A DNA stretch of 64,000 nt from Gemmatimonadales bacterium (GTDB taxonomy: Bacteria > Gemmatimonadota > Gemmatimonadetes > Gemmatimonadales > GWC2-71-9), in assembly GCA_035491895.1 (NCBI GenBank), contig DATJJY010000063.1:6593-70592 (forward strand), in the 5' to 3' direction. Position numbers and translations under genes: made by a program. Numbering within the stretch: the first letter of the stretch is position 1; each line of letters starts with the position of its first letter. A model generated the notes under the pieces. That model ran no database searches and was not told where the DNA came from. It was given only the letters and a program-made list of their open reading frames with translations. This document shows positions 1-8,669 of the stretch, one piece after another.

Positions 1-210
1 AACATCGTAGAGGGGTCATCGCGCAAGAGTCGCAGAGACTTCCGTCGATTCCTCGATATCTCGCTCGCTTCCCTTACCGAGGTGGGATACGCCCTTCGAT
101 TTGCGAAGGAAGCGGGTCTTCTACCTGATACCGAGTGGGCCAAGCTCGATGATCAACAAAGCCGCGCGCGGTTTCTTACCTGGCAACTCTACAAATCGCT
201 ATCTGGTTGA
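1..210 (+). CDS. four-helix-bundle protein (23S rRNA intervening-sequence protein family), 5' partial
   Basis: Hand translation of frame +1 from base 1 gives NIVEGSSRKSRRDFRRFLDISLASLTEVGYALRFAKEAGLLPDTEWAKLDDQQSRARFLTWQLYKSLSG, with stop TGA at 208-210. This resembles the C-terminal helices of the TIGR02436-like family (from memory). It is absent from the ORF track because the start lies outside the window. Confidence 0.7.
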   Translation, partial: NIVEGSSRKSRRDFRRFLDISLASLTEVGYALRFAKEAGLLPDTEWAKLDDQQSRARFLTWQLYKSLSG

Positions 211-246
211 TCTCCAGCATCCTCCACCATCCTCCAGCATCCTCCA
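211..246. repeat. tandem 10-nt repeat (CATCCTCCA+N), about 3.7 copies
   Basis: Read directly: tctccag CATCCTCCA c CATCCTCCA g CATCCTCCA. Full copies lie at 218-226, 228-236 and 238-246. The repeat fills the whole spacer between two convergent stop codons (210 and 247). I saw no inverted-repeat partner. Confidence 0.85.
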
Positions 247-591
247 TCACCCGACTTTTCTCAGCCGTTTCTCGATCTCTTCAATTGCCGTCAGCAGCTC
301 AGCGGCCTCCTTCGGGGTCAGCTTGAGTCGCCCCGCGTCCACGTCGAACGCGAGGAGCTGCAGATTCTCCGCCGCCCGGCGCAACCGGAAACGGTCGAGG
401 TATTCCTGAGAGTTCTCGCTGTTCTGGGCCATCAGCACGGTCCAGATCCGCAGCCGGAGATCGTCGAGGGCCGTTTTGACTTCCTCGAGTCCCGCGGTCG
501 GGACGTCTTCCAGCGCGCCGAGTTGCCGCTCGAACGCCGTAACGGCGATTTGCAGATTCCCGATTGCGGCCAACCGGTCGGACTGGGGCAT
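247..591 (-). CDS. hypothetical helical protein
   Basis: 114-aa ORF. It starts 3 nt after the stop of the upstream symporter gene. The composition is normal (not Arg/Pro-rich) and predicted helical. No family recognised. Confidence 0.55.
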   Translation of the reverse strand: MPQSDRLAAIGNLQIAVTAFERQLGALEDVPTAGLEEVKTALDDLRLRIWTVLMAQNSENSQEYLDRFRLRRAAENLQLLAFDVDAGRLKLTPKEAAELLTAIEEIEKRLRKVG

Positions 592-594
592 CGG

Positions 595-2355
595 CTAGGT
601 CTTCCATATCTTCGGCATCAGCCGCAACAGGGCCACGCCGCTGACCACAAACACGCTGACCCAGAAGACGGCAAGCGACGTTCGGCCGTAGAGCAGGCTG
701 CCAACTCCGAAGAGCCCGGAATAGATGAATGCGCAGCCGCACATCCACCCCACCATCTGGAGGGGCAGGCTGTCCGGCGACGCCGTCACCCCGGCCTCGG
801 CGCGCACCGACGTCCAACCCGGCCCCGCGGGCCGGACAAGCTTGTAGAAGGCTACCAGCGTGGGGCGATCGGTCGGGGTGGTGTTATAGGCCACCGTCAC
901 CCACACGATCGTCGTGATCACGACTGTCGCGATCAGCGACCAATGCGCCGGCACAGCATGTCCCGTCTTGGCGGCGATCTGGAATCCCACGGCCACGATG
1001 AACGAGCTCGCCATCGCGGCGACCTCGCTCCAGGCGTTGACGCGCCACCAGAACCAGCGCAGCAGGTAGATCAGGCCCGTGCCGGCGCCGACCGACAGGA
1101 TGAGGGTGAAGGCATCCTTGGCCGTATCGAGGGCGTAGGTCGTGAGCGCCGCGGTGATCATGAGGAGCGCGGTTACGATGCGTCCCATCAGCACGTAGTG
1201 CTTCTCGCTCGCGCCGCGGTTCAGAAAGCGGCGGTAGAAATCGTGCACCAGGTACGAGGTGCCCCAATTGAGGTGCGTCTCGATCGTCGAGCGATACGCC
1301 GCCAGCATCCCCGCGAGCATCAGTCCGATGAACGGCGTGGGGAGGAACTTCAGCATCGCGGGGTACGCGATGTCGTTGCCGATCAGCTTCGGGTCGACGT
1401 TCGGGAACGCGCGGGCGATGTCCGAGAGCTGCGGGAACACGAGCGTCGACGCCAGCGCCACGATCACCCAGGGCCAGGGGCGCAGGGCGTAGTGCATGAT
1501 GTTGAAGAGCAGCGTGCCGCCCACGGCATCCTTCTCGGTCCGGGACGCGAGCATTCGCTGGGCGATGTAACTGCCGCCGCCGGGCTCGGCGCCCGGATAC
1601 CAGACCGACCACCATTGGATCGTGAGCGGAATGACCAGTACCGACAGCGCCACCGACCAGTTGGAGAAGTCGGGGAGGAAGTCGAGGGTCCGCGGGTTCA
1701 CCCGGGCGAAGAGGCCGGAGAGGTGACCCACCTCGGGCTGCTGCAGCGCGAAATACGCAGCGGCGAAGGCGCCCGTCATCGTCACGGTGAACTGAATAGA
1801 ATCGGTGACGAGCACGCCCCAGAGCCCTGATACCGACGCGAAGAAGATGGTAATCACCGACGCGAAGGCCAGAGTGCGGTACATCGGCCAGCCGAGCAGG
1901 ATGTTGGCGATCTTCGCGGCGGCGAGGTTGACCGTCGCCATGATGAAGCAGTTGAAAAACAGCCCCAGATAGACCGCGCGGAAGCCGCGCACGAACGTCG
2001 CCGCACGGCCCGAGTAGCGGATCTCGTAGAACTCGAGGTCCGTCAGGACGCCCGAGCGGCGCCACATCTTGGCGTAAAAAAAGACCGTCGCCATGCCGGT
2101 CAGGAGGAATGACCACCACAGCCAGTTCTCGGCGACGCCCTGATCGCGCACGAAGTTCGTCACGAGGTTCGGCGTGTCGGTACTGAACGTCGTCGCCACC
2201 ATCGAGATACCCACGAGCCACCAGGGGGCCGCGCGCCCGGAGGTAAAGAACTCCGTGGTACTGGAGCTGGCGCGGCGCCAGAAGAACAGCGCCGGCAGGA
2301 ACGAGATGATGATCGACAGGGCGATGACGACGAGGTCCGCGGTATTGAGGTGCAT
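595..2355 (-). CDS. sodium:solute symporter (SSF) family transporter
   Basis: 586 aa with an ATG start and many TM segments. The N-terminus EFFTSGRAAPWWLVGISMVATTFSTDTP and the overall pattern are typical of SSF/SLC5-type transporters. Confidence 0.9.
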   Translation of the reverse strand: MHLNTADLVVIALSIIISFLPALFFWRRASSSTTEFFTSGRAAPWWLVGISMVATTFSTDTPNLVTNFVRDQGVAENWLWWSFLLTGMATVFFYAKMWRRSGVLTDLEFYEIRYSGRAATFVRGFRAVYLGLFFNCFIMATVNLAAAKIANILLGWPMYRTLAFASVITIFFASVSGLWGVLVTDSIQFTVTMTGAFAAAYFALQQPEVGHLSGLFARVNPRTLDFLPDFSNWSVALSVLVIPLTIQWWSVWYPGAEPGGGSYIAQRMLASRTEKDAVGGTLLFNIMHYALRPWPWVIVALASTLVFPQLSDIARAFPNVDPKLIGNDIAYPAMLKFLPTPFIGLMLAGMLAAYRSTIETHLNWGTSYLVHDFYRRFLNRGASEKHYVLMGRIVTALLMITAALTTYALDTAKDAFTLILSVGAGTGLIYLLRWFWWRVNAWSEVAAMASSFIVAVGFQIAAKTGHAVPAHWSLIATVVITTIVWVTVAYNTTPTDRPTLVAFYKLVRPAGPGWTSVRAEAGVTASPDSLPLQMVGWMCGCAFIYSGLFGVGSLLYGRTSLAVFWVSVFVVSGVALLRLMPKIWKT

Positions 2356-2396
2356 GGGGCGGCTAAGATAGGGCCCGCGCGCTACATTCGGAATCC

Positions 2397-4436
2397 ATGA
2401 CCCGACTCCTCATAGTGCTCACCGGCTTCGTGCCGGCTCTGGCGGCGCAGCAGGCGCCGGCCGCACCTCCCCTGATGCCCATGCCCCGGTCGCTCGAAAT
2501 CGGCCAGGGGCGGCTGCGCCTCGACTCGGGATTCAGCGTTGCCGTGGCGGGATTCCACGATGCGCGGCTCGACCGGGCGGTGAAACGCACGCTCACCCGA
2601 TTGGCGCGGCGCACGGCGATCACGCTCGGCGACTCGAGCGTGCACGATTCGAGCCTCGCGCGGCTCGTCGTCCAGGCGCAGGGAGCGGGCGAGGTGATCC
2701 AGACGGAGAGCGAAGACGAGTCCTATACGCTCGAGGTGACGCCGGCGCGAGCCGCGCTGCGCGCCCCAACCGTGGTAGGGGTGCTGCGTGGGTTCGAGAC
2801 GCTACTCCAGCTCGTGGCGGCGGACAGTGCCGGGTTCTTCATTCCGGCGGTCACCATCGCCGATGCGCCGCGCTTCCCATGGCGCGGCCTGCTGGTCGAC
2901 GCGGGGCGGCACTTCGAACCGGTCGACGTCATCGAGCGTACCCTCGACGGCATGGCGGCGGTGAAGCTGAACGTTCTCCACTGGCACCTCTCGGAGGATC
3001 AGGGCTTCCGAGTCGAGAGCAAACGCTTTCCGCTGCTGCAGCTCGACGGCTCCGACGGCCTCTTCTACACCCAGGTGCAGGTGCGTGAGGTGGTGGCGTA
3101 CGCGCGCGACCGCGGCATCCGCGTCGTCCCGGAGTTCGACATGCCGGGACACACGTCAGCGTGGCTCGTCGGGTACCCGCGCTACGGCAGCGGACGCGGC
3201 CCCTATCGGATACAGCGGACGTGGGGGGTGTTCGATCCGACGCTCGATCCGACACGCGAGGTCGTCTACCAGTTCATCGACGCCTTCGTCGGCGAGATGG
3301 TGGCGCTGTTCCCCGATCTCTACTGGCACGTCGGGGGCGATGAGGTCAACGGCGTTGAGTGGAACGCGAGCTCGAGGATCCGCGCCTTCAAGCAATTGCA
3401 CCACCTCGCCGACAATGCCGCCCTGCAGGCCTACTTCAATCAGCGGCTGTCCCGTATCCTGACCAACCACGGCAAGCGGATGGTAGGGTGGGACGAAATC
3501 CTCAACCCCGACCTGCCGCAAACGGCGATGGTGCAGTCGTGGCGTGGTCTCGAGTACCTCCCGCAGACCGTCCGCGCCGGCCATCGGGCCATACTTTCCG
3601 CTCCCTACTACCTCGACCATATGGAGAGCGCCGAGGACCATTACGTCGACCCGCTCCCCGACTCGCTCGGTCTCAGCCCCGAGGAAGCGGCCCGCCTGGT
3701 GGGGGGCGAGGCGTGCATGTGGGGAGAGCACATCGGGCCGGAGACGATCGATTCACGCATCTGGCCGCGCCTCGCGGCCGTGGCGGAGAAACTCTGGTCC
3801 CCCGCGTCGGTGAAGGATGTGCACGACATGTATCGGCGGCTCGCGGTGACGAGCCTCAGACTCTCCGAGGTCGGCCTGGGCCACAACGAGCACGCGGCGC
3901 ACATGCTGCATCAGTCGATCGGCAACGGTCCCGACTTTCAGACGATGATGGCGCTCGTGTCGCTCTCCCAACCCGTGACCTTCGGGCAGCGCCACCGCCT
4001 CCAGGAAGGGATGACGCAGCAGACCCCGCTGACTCGCCTCATCGACGCGGCCCGCCCCGATCCGCCGGCGCGCTGGGGCTCGCTGACGATGGTCGAGCGT
4101 TTCGTCGCGGACTCGGGGACCTCTGCGGTGCTGCGCGATTCGCTGCGCCAGACCTTCGCCGCGTGGCAAGCGCTGGCGCCTGCGGTACACGCCGTCGCGG
4201 TACGCAAGCCGCTCGCGCGCGACGGTGTCCCCGCCGCCGACGCACTCGCCAAGGTCGCCGCAGTGGGCACCGCGGCGCTCGACCGCTTCGGGGGCTCGGT
4301 GGTGCCGACCAGGGCCTGGCAGGATTCGGCGCGGGCCGTGCTCGATTCCGCGACGGGTCCGCAAGGGCTGTTGCGGCTTGCGGTCGTCGATGCGGTGCGC
4401 TGGCTGGTGGAGGTCGCCCCCGTCAAGGCGAACTGA
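2397..4436 (+). CDS. beta-N-acetylhexosaminidase (GH20), secreted
   Basis: Signal peptide MTRLLIVLTGFVPALAAQQ. GH20 motifs are present: RGLLVDAGRHF, LHWHLSEDQGFR, EFDMPGHTSAW and HVGGDEVN (the catalytic D-E pair). Confidence 0.9.
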   Translation: MTRLLIVLTGFVPALAAQQAPAAPPLMPMPRSLEIGQGRLRLDSGFSVAVAGFHDARLDRAVKRTLTRLARRTAITLGDSSVHDSSLARLVVQAQGAGEVIQTESEDESYTLEVTPARAALRAPTVVGVLRGFETLLQLVAADSAGFFIPAVTIADAPRFPWRGLLVDAGRHFEPVDVIERTLDGMAAVKLNVLHWHLSEDQGFRVESKRFPLLQLDGSDGLFYTQVQVREVVAYARDRGIRVVPEFDMPGHTSAWLVGYPRYGSGRGPYRIQRTWGVFDPTLDPTREVVYQFIDAFVGEMVALFPDLYWHVGGDEVNGVEWNASSRIRAFKQLHHLADNAALQAYFNQRLSRILTNHGKRMVGWDEILNPDLPQTAMVQSWRGLEYLPQTVRAGHRAILSAPYYLDHMESAEDHYVDPLPDSLGLSPEEAARLVGGEACMWGEHIGPETIDSRIWPRLAAVAEKLWSPASVKDVHDMYRRLAVTSLRLSEVGLGHNEHAAHMLHQSIGNGPDFQTMMALVSLSQPVTFGQRHRLQEGMTQQTPLTRLIDAARPDPPARWGSLTMVERFVADSGTSAVLRDSLRQTFAAWQALAPAVHAVAVRKPLARDGVPAADALAKVAAVGTAALDRFGGSVVPTRAWQDSARAVLDSATGPQGLLRLAVVDAVRWLVEVAPVKAN

Positions 4437-5604
4437 CAATGCGCTGAACCGGCGGGCAGTCTCGCATTCGTAGGACCGCGCTCCGGGCATCCGTGACGAA
4501 GTGCTGCCCGTCGACCGTGTGACCCACGGTGTCGGCCCCCGGCAGGTGGAGATAGGCGGGCAGGTCGGCGCATCCCTCGGCGGCGAGCGCGCCGGTGATC
4601 ACGTCACGCTCGTGATCCACGTCGGGGTCGATGCGATGCGTGATCAGATGGCGCAGCGGCTTGACCCGCAGCCCGATGTCCTTCGTGGCAGCGGCGACCC
4701 ACACTCCGTCTAGGCTGTCGAGCAGCCAGATCCTCACATGGTGACGGATGCGCGCGTTCGGTCCTGCGAGTTCGTAGGCGAGGTCCTCTTTGCGTCCCTC
4801 GAAATACAACGCGCTGACCGGCGCGCCGACGGCCGGCCGCGAGACGACGGCGGCCGTCACCTCCCGCGCGATCGCCCAGAGGGAGCCTGAGTGGGCAGCC
4901 ACCCAACCGGCCCGATGGAAGGCGCTGTCGATCTGCCACTCCCGCCCCAGAATGATCAAGTTGATGGCGTCGCCGGTGCGCCGGCCGTGTTTGTCGAGTG
5001 CGTAGGGCAGAAACCGCGGCAGCGTCGGCAGCTCTTGCAGCTCTTGCCGCGTGGCGACGGGACCGCACGCGGGTGGATCGGTGACGATCAGGGGCTCGAC
5101 CAGGCGGATCGCGCCGACTTCCCCCGAGAGAATCGACGGTCGCGCGCCGCGACGAGCCAGCAAGTACCCACCGAACAGCGGCGCGGGGAGGACCTCGAGA
5201 ACGGAGCCTGCCGCCGCGACAACGATCGGGAGGCGGCTGGCGCGGGCGTGTAACACCCCGGAATCCCGGATTGCCCCGGCTGGCGCGTATTCGAGCGTGT
5301 CCAGTGTGGCGTGGATCGGTAGCCAGATGCCGGGACGGATCTCGAGCGAGTCGAAATGGATTTCGAGCTGTCCGCCGCGCCCCAGCCGCCGGCCGCCGAT
5401 CGAGCGCACTACGCGACCGCTGATACGCGCGAAGGGCGGGACCACCATGCAGTTGCCGTGGATCATCGCGCCGAAGGTTTGTGCGATGACGGGTGTCCCT
5501 ACCGTGTCGCGCCCGCTCGTCACCGCCCCCAGGAATCGAACCTGGACGATGGTGCCGGCGGGGAAGGTGAACGGCCGCTGGCCGGGGGGCGCCGCCGCCA
5601 ACAC
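4423..5604 (-). CDS. LssY C-terminal domain-containing protein
   Basis: The C-terminal half (INLIILGREWQIDSAFHRAGW...RIRHHVRIWLL...VWVAAATKDIGL...ITHRIDPDVDHERD) matches my memory of the LssY_C family. The annotated start is GTG 5604. The 3' end overlaps the convergent GH20 gene by 14 bp. See the finding on a possible upstream non-canonical start. Confidence 0.65.
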   Translation of the reverse strand: MLAAAPPGQRPFTFPAGTIVQVRFLGAVTSGRDTVGTPVIAQTFGAMIHGNCMVVPPFARISGRVVRSIGGRRLGRGGQLEIHFDSLEIRPGIWLPIHATLDTLEYAPAGAIRDSGVLHARASRLPIVVAAAGSVLEVLPAPLFGGYLLARRGARPSILSGEVGAIRLVEPLIVTDPPACGPVATRQELQELPTLPRFLPYALDKHGRRTGDAINLIILGREWQIDSAFHRAGWVAAHSGSLWAIAREVTAAVVSRPAVGAPVSALYFEGRKEDLAYELAGPNARIRHHVRIWLLDSLDGVWVAAATKDIGLRVKPLRHLITHRIDPDVDHERDVITGALAAEGCADLPAYLHLPGADTVGHTVDGQHFVTDARSAVLRMRDCPPVQRIVSSP

Positions 5605-5640
5605 GGCGATCAGGAATGGGAGATCGGACCTGCGGATAGG

Positions 5641-5683
5641 GGCCTCGAGGAAGCGCGCTTCCTGCTAACACTCCCTCGAGGCC
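5641..5683 (-). terminator. GC-rich stem-loop after the FAD-subunit gene
   Basis: GGCCTCGAGG (5641-5650) pairs with CCTCGAGGCC (5674-5683). There is an inner palindrome GAAGCGCGCTTC. It lies 18 nt downstream of the stop at 5701. No U-tract follows, so function as an intrinsic terminator is uncertain. Confidence 0.4.
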
Positions 5684-5700
5684 AGGTCGGTCACAGGCAA

Positions 5701-6699
5701 CTACGAATGACGCACGCGCAGCTCCTCGAGTGCCCGTGTCACGTACACCCGCGTCATTTGCTTGCGCCACGAGAGATCGAAATCGGTGTTGTCCATGGGC
5801 TTGGCGGGGCGAAACGCCGCTTCGGCCGCCGCGGCGATCGCTTCCGGCTCGAGCGTTGATCCGCTGAGCGCCACACCCGCCTCGGCAATCTCCAGCGGAT
5901 AACTCGCCACGCCTCCGAGGACGACGCGCGCATCGGCGACCTTCACACCATCCCACCGCACCCACGCGGCGACGCCCAACACCGGAAAATCGAACGACCC
6001 GCGGCGGCGCAGCTTGTGGTACACGGCATCCCAGCCATCGGGGCTCGGGAGCCGCACGGCGGTGAGGATCTCGTCGGGTTGCTTCGTGAGGTAATTGATG
6101 CCGTCGTTGTGGTAGAAGCGGGCGGCGGGAACGACGCGCTCGCCAGAGGTGCTCGTCAGCACGTACTCCGCGCCGATCGCCACCATCACCGGCGCCACGT
6201 CCGACGAGCTGACCGCCCAGCAGCGCGGGCTGGACGGCGCCACCCAGCAGATCGCGCCGTCCTTCTTCATGCAGAAGTCGATCGCCTTACGCCACTCGTA
6301 CGACTGATCGTAGTAGTTGCAGCGGGTGTCGATGCAGAGATTCCCGCCCAGCGTCCCCATGTTGCGGAGCAGGGGAGTGGAGACGAGCTCGGCAGCCTCA
6401 GCGACGGCATGGTAGGCGGTCAGGCGGACGGGCGGGTGGGCGGACAACTGCGTCAGCGTCACGCAGGTACCGACGGTCATTCCGTCCGCCTGACCGCCCG
6501 AGCGCCCGACCGCCTTCAGCTCCGGTATCCCCATCAGCGAGATGACGGTTCTCGGCTCCTGCTGCCGCCGCTTCATGTTCGGGTAGAGGTCCGTCCCCCC
6601 GGCGACATACGATCCCTCCGGGCCGGCGTCCGCTTTCATCGCGAGCGCCTCCCGGAGGGACGTCGGTTGTCGATATGTGAACGTCGGCAGCCGCAGCAT
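5701..6699 (-). CDS. molybdenum-hydroxylase FAD-binding subunit (CoxM/XdhB family) with Cys-rich insertion, HcrB-like
   Basis: 332 aa. The N-terminus FTYRQPTSLREALAMK...YVAGGTDLYPNMK and the motif NMGTLGGNL are typical of the FAD_binding_5 / CO-dehydrogenase flavoprotein family. A roughly 38-aa insertion after GGNL carries Cys122/127/143/151/160. Confidence 0.85.
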   Translation of the reverse strand: MLRLPTFTYRQPTSLREALAMKADAGPEGSYVAGGTDLYPNMKRRQQEPRTVISLMGIPELKAVGRSGGQADGMTVGTCVTLTQLSAHPPVRLTAYHAVAEAAELVSTPLLRNMGTLGGNLCIDTRCNYYDQSYEWRKAIDFCMKKDGAICWVAPSSPRCWAVSSSDVAPVMVAIGAEYVLTSTSGERVVPAARFYHNDGINYLTKQPDEILTAVRLPSPDGWDAVYHKLRRRGSFDFPVLGVAAWVRWDGVKVADARVVLGGVASYPLEIAEAGVALSGSTLEPEAIAAAAEAAFRPAKPMDNTDFDLSWRKQMTRVYVTRALEELRVRHS

Positions 6700-6708
6700 G
6701 CGCCTACC

Positions 6709-8595
6709 TTAACGTGGCTCCTCCGCGCGGGCCAGGCCGAGTGATTGCGCCGCCGCGGCGAGTCGCACGAACTCCGCGCGGTACCCGTCGGAGTCGGGCC
6801 CCAGCGACGCGCGCGCCGCTGCGATCACGTCCTCAAAGCTCGCCGAGCCGCGGTACGCCGAGCCCTTGAGCAAGAGGCCGAACTCGGCCACCGCCTGCTG
6901 GAACCGGAAGTCCGGCGACATCGTCTCGCTGCTTGTCGCCGCGATCGGCTGCGACAACAGCCGGCTCCGGTCACCGTCCGGGGTTTTGTAGCGGACTTTG
7001 ACAAACCCCAGCTCCCGGGTACCGAGCTGGACGCGGGGCGCGACGTTCGTCTGGTAGCGCAGCGAGTCCGGGCGCCGAATCGTGCCATCGTTGGGCGCTC
7101 CCGCCGGAATGATCTCGTACAGCGCCGTCACCGAGTGTCCTGATCCCATCTCGCCGGCGTCCTTCGTGTCGTCGTTGAAGTCCTCGTCGGCGAACAGCCG
7201 GTTCTCGTAGCCGAGCAGCCGGTATGCCTGGACGACCGCGGGGTTGAACTCGACCTGGATCTTCACGTCCTTGGCGACGGTGTAGAGCGTGCCGCCCATC
7301 TCGTGCACCAGCGTCTTCTTCGCCTCGAGCGCGTTGTCGATGTAGGCGTAGTTGCCATTCCCGTGGTCGGCGAGCTGCTCCATCTTCGAGTCCTTCAGGT
7401 TGCCCATGCCGAACCCCCGGACCGTGAGGAACACACCGGTGCGGCGCCGGTCCTCGATCAGCCGGATCAGCTCGCCGTCGCTCGACACGCCGACGTTGAA
7501 GTCGCCGTCGGTGGCGAGGATGACGCGATTGTTGCCGCCGCGGATGAAGTTGGTCACCGCTTCGTCGTAGGCGCGCTTGATCCCCGCGCCGCCAGCCGTG
7601 CTGCCACCCGCCTCGAGCCGGTCGATCGCCTCGAGGATCGTGGACTTCTGATCGCCGGACGTCGAAGGGAGTACCAACCCGGCGGAGCCGGCGTAGACGA
7701 CGATGGCGACGCGGTCTTTGGGACGCAGTGTATTGACGAGCATCGTAAGCGACGACTTCACGAGCGGCAGCTTGTTCGGCTCGTCCATCGACCCCGAGAC
7801 ATCGATCAGGAAGACGAGATTCGAGGCGGGAAGCCCGGCCACCTCGACGCGCTTCGCCTGAAGGCCGATGCGCAGCAGCTGGTGCCCGCGCTTCCAGGGC
7901 GCGTTCGCCAGCTCCGTATGAATCGCCACGGGATCGTCGCCCACGGGCCCCGCGTACTCGTAGGGGAAGTAATTGACCAGCTCTTCGATGCGCACCGCGT
8001 CGGCCGGGGGCGCCTGCCCGCCCAGCAGGAAACGGCGGACGTTGCTGTAGGAGGCGCGGTCGACGTCGATCGAGAACGTCGAGAGCGCGTGCGCCGTCAC
8101 GGCGAGGAACGGGTTCTCGTCCTTGTGGCCGTATTCCTCGGTGTTCCAAGGCTCGGGCTGCCGGCGATAGGCCTGGTCGTATAGTGCGCCGGGTGCCTGC
8201 GCGGCTCCGAGGGCCGCCCGCTTGGCTTCCGACACCGGTGCCGCGGTCGCGACGACCGCATCGAGGTGCACGGTCGATGGCTGGAGCACAAAATCGGTCG
8301 TCGCGGTCCCGTTTGTCGTGACGCGCACACCATGCACTTCCAGCGCGGTGTAACCGATGAACATCGCCCGGAGCGTATAGGCACCCTCGGGGACCGTCTC
8401 AATCGTGTAGCCGCCGGTGCCGTCGGTCGCGGCAGCGAACGTCGTTCCGATGACCACGACCCGGGCTCCGGCGAGCGCTGAGCCGGCGGCGTCCCGGACG
8501 TGCCCGGTGATGCGGCCGACGCCGGCGGGGGCGGAAAGGGGGGTCGCGACGACGGTAGTCGCAACCAGGATCAGACGGACGGCGTGGGTGAGCAT
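6709..8595 (-). CDS. secreted VWA domain protein (CarboxypepD_reg N-domain + vWA + YfbK-like C-terminal region)
   Basis: Signal peptide MLTHAVRLILVATTVVATPLSAPA. CarboxypepD_reg-like stretch GRITGHVRDAAGSALAGARVVV...GGYTIETVPEGAYTL. The VWA MIDAS motif is VFLIDVSGSM, followed by ILATDGDFNVG. Confidence 0.85.
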   Translation of the reverse strand: MLTHAVRLILVATTVVATPLSAPAGVGRITGHVRDAAGSALAGARVVVIGTTFAAATDGTGGYTIETVPEGAYTLRAMFIGYTALEVHGVRVTTNGTATTDFVLQPSTVHLDAVVATAAPVSEAKRAALGAAQAPGALYDQAYRRQPEPWNTEEYGHKDENPFLAVTAHALSTFSIDVDRASYSNVRRFLLGGQAPPADAVRIEELVNYFPYEYAGPVGDDPVAIHTELANAPWKRGHQLLRIGLQAKRVEVAGLPASNLVFLIDVSGSMDEPNKLPLVKSSLTMLVNTLRPKDRVAIVVYAGSAGLVLPSTSGDQKSTILEAIDRLEAGGSTAGGAGIKRAYDEAVTNFIRGGNNRVILATDGDFNVGVSSDGELIRLIEDRRRTGVFLTVRGFGMGNLKDSKMEQLADHGNGNYAYIDNALEAKKTLVHEMGGTLYTVAKDVKIQVEFNPAVVQAYRLLGYENRLFADEDFNDDTKDAGEMGSGHSVTALYEIIPAGAPNDGTIRRPDSLRYQTNVAPRVQLGTRELGFVKVRYKTPDGDRSRLLSQPIAATSSETMSPDFRFQQAVAEFGLLLKGSAYRGSASFEDVIAAARASLGPDSDGYRAEFVRLAAAAQSLGLARAEEPR

Positions 8596-8596
8596 G

Positions 8597-8626
8597 GTCT
8601 CTCCAGTTGGGGTGCCCAGGAGAGAC
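8597..8626 (-). promoter_or_regulatory. hairpin that sequesters the Shine-Dalgarno sequence of the VWA gene
   Basis: In minus-strand sense the RNA reads GUCUCUCC-UGGGCACCCCAACU-GGAGAGAC-C-AUG. This is a perfect 8-bp stem (8626-8619 with 8604-8597) whose 3' arm contains the GGAGAG ribosome-binding site immediately before ATG 8595. Confidence 0.4.
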
Positions 8627-8669
8627 GTTCAGGAACGGCGGAGACGCACACCCTTCTCGGAGGCCGGTG

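Noticed and set aside
523-2221. ORFs 523-1830 (+) and 884-2221 (-) overlapping the symporter gene
   Set aside because: They are shadow frames. The 595-2355 frame has coherent TM segments and SSF-family motifs, and the others are Arg/Gly-rich.
4604-5965. 453-aa minus-strand ORF bridging the LssY-like and FAD-subunit genes
   Set aside because: It is a different frame from both supported genes, crosses the intergenic hairpin, and is Arg-rich with no domain.
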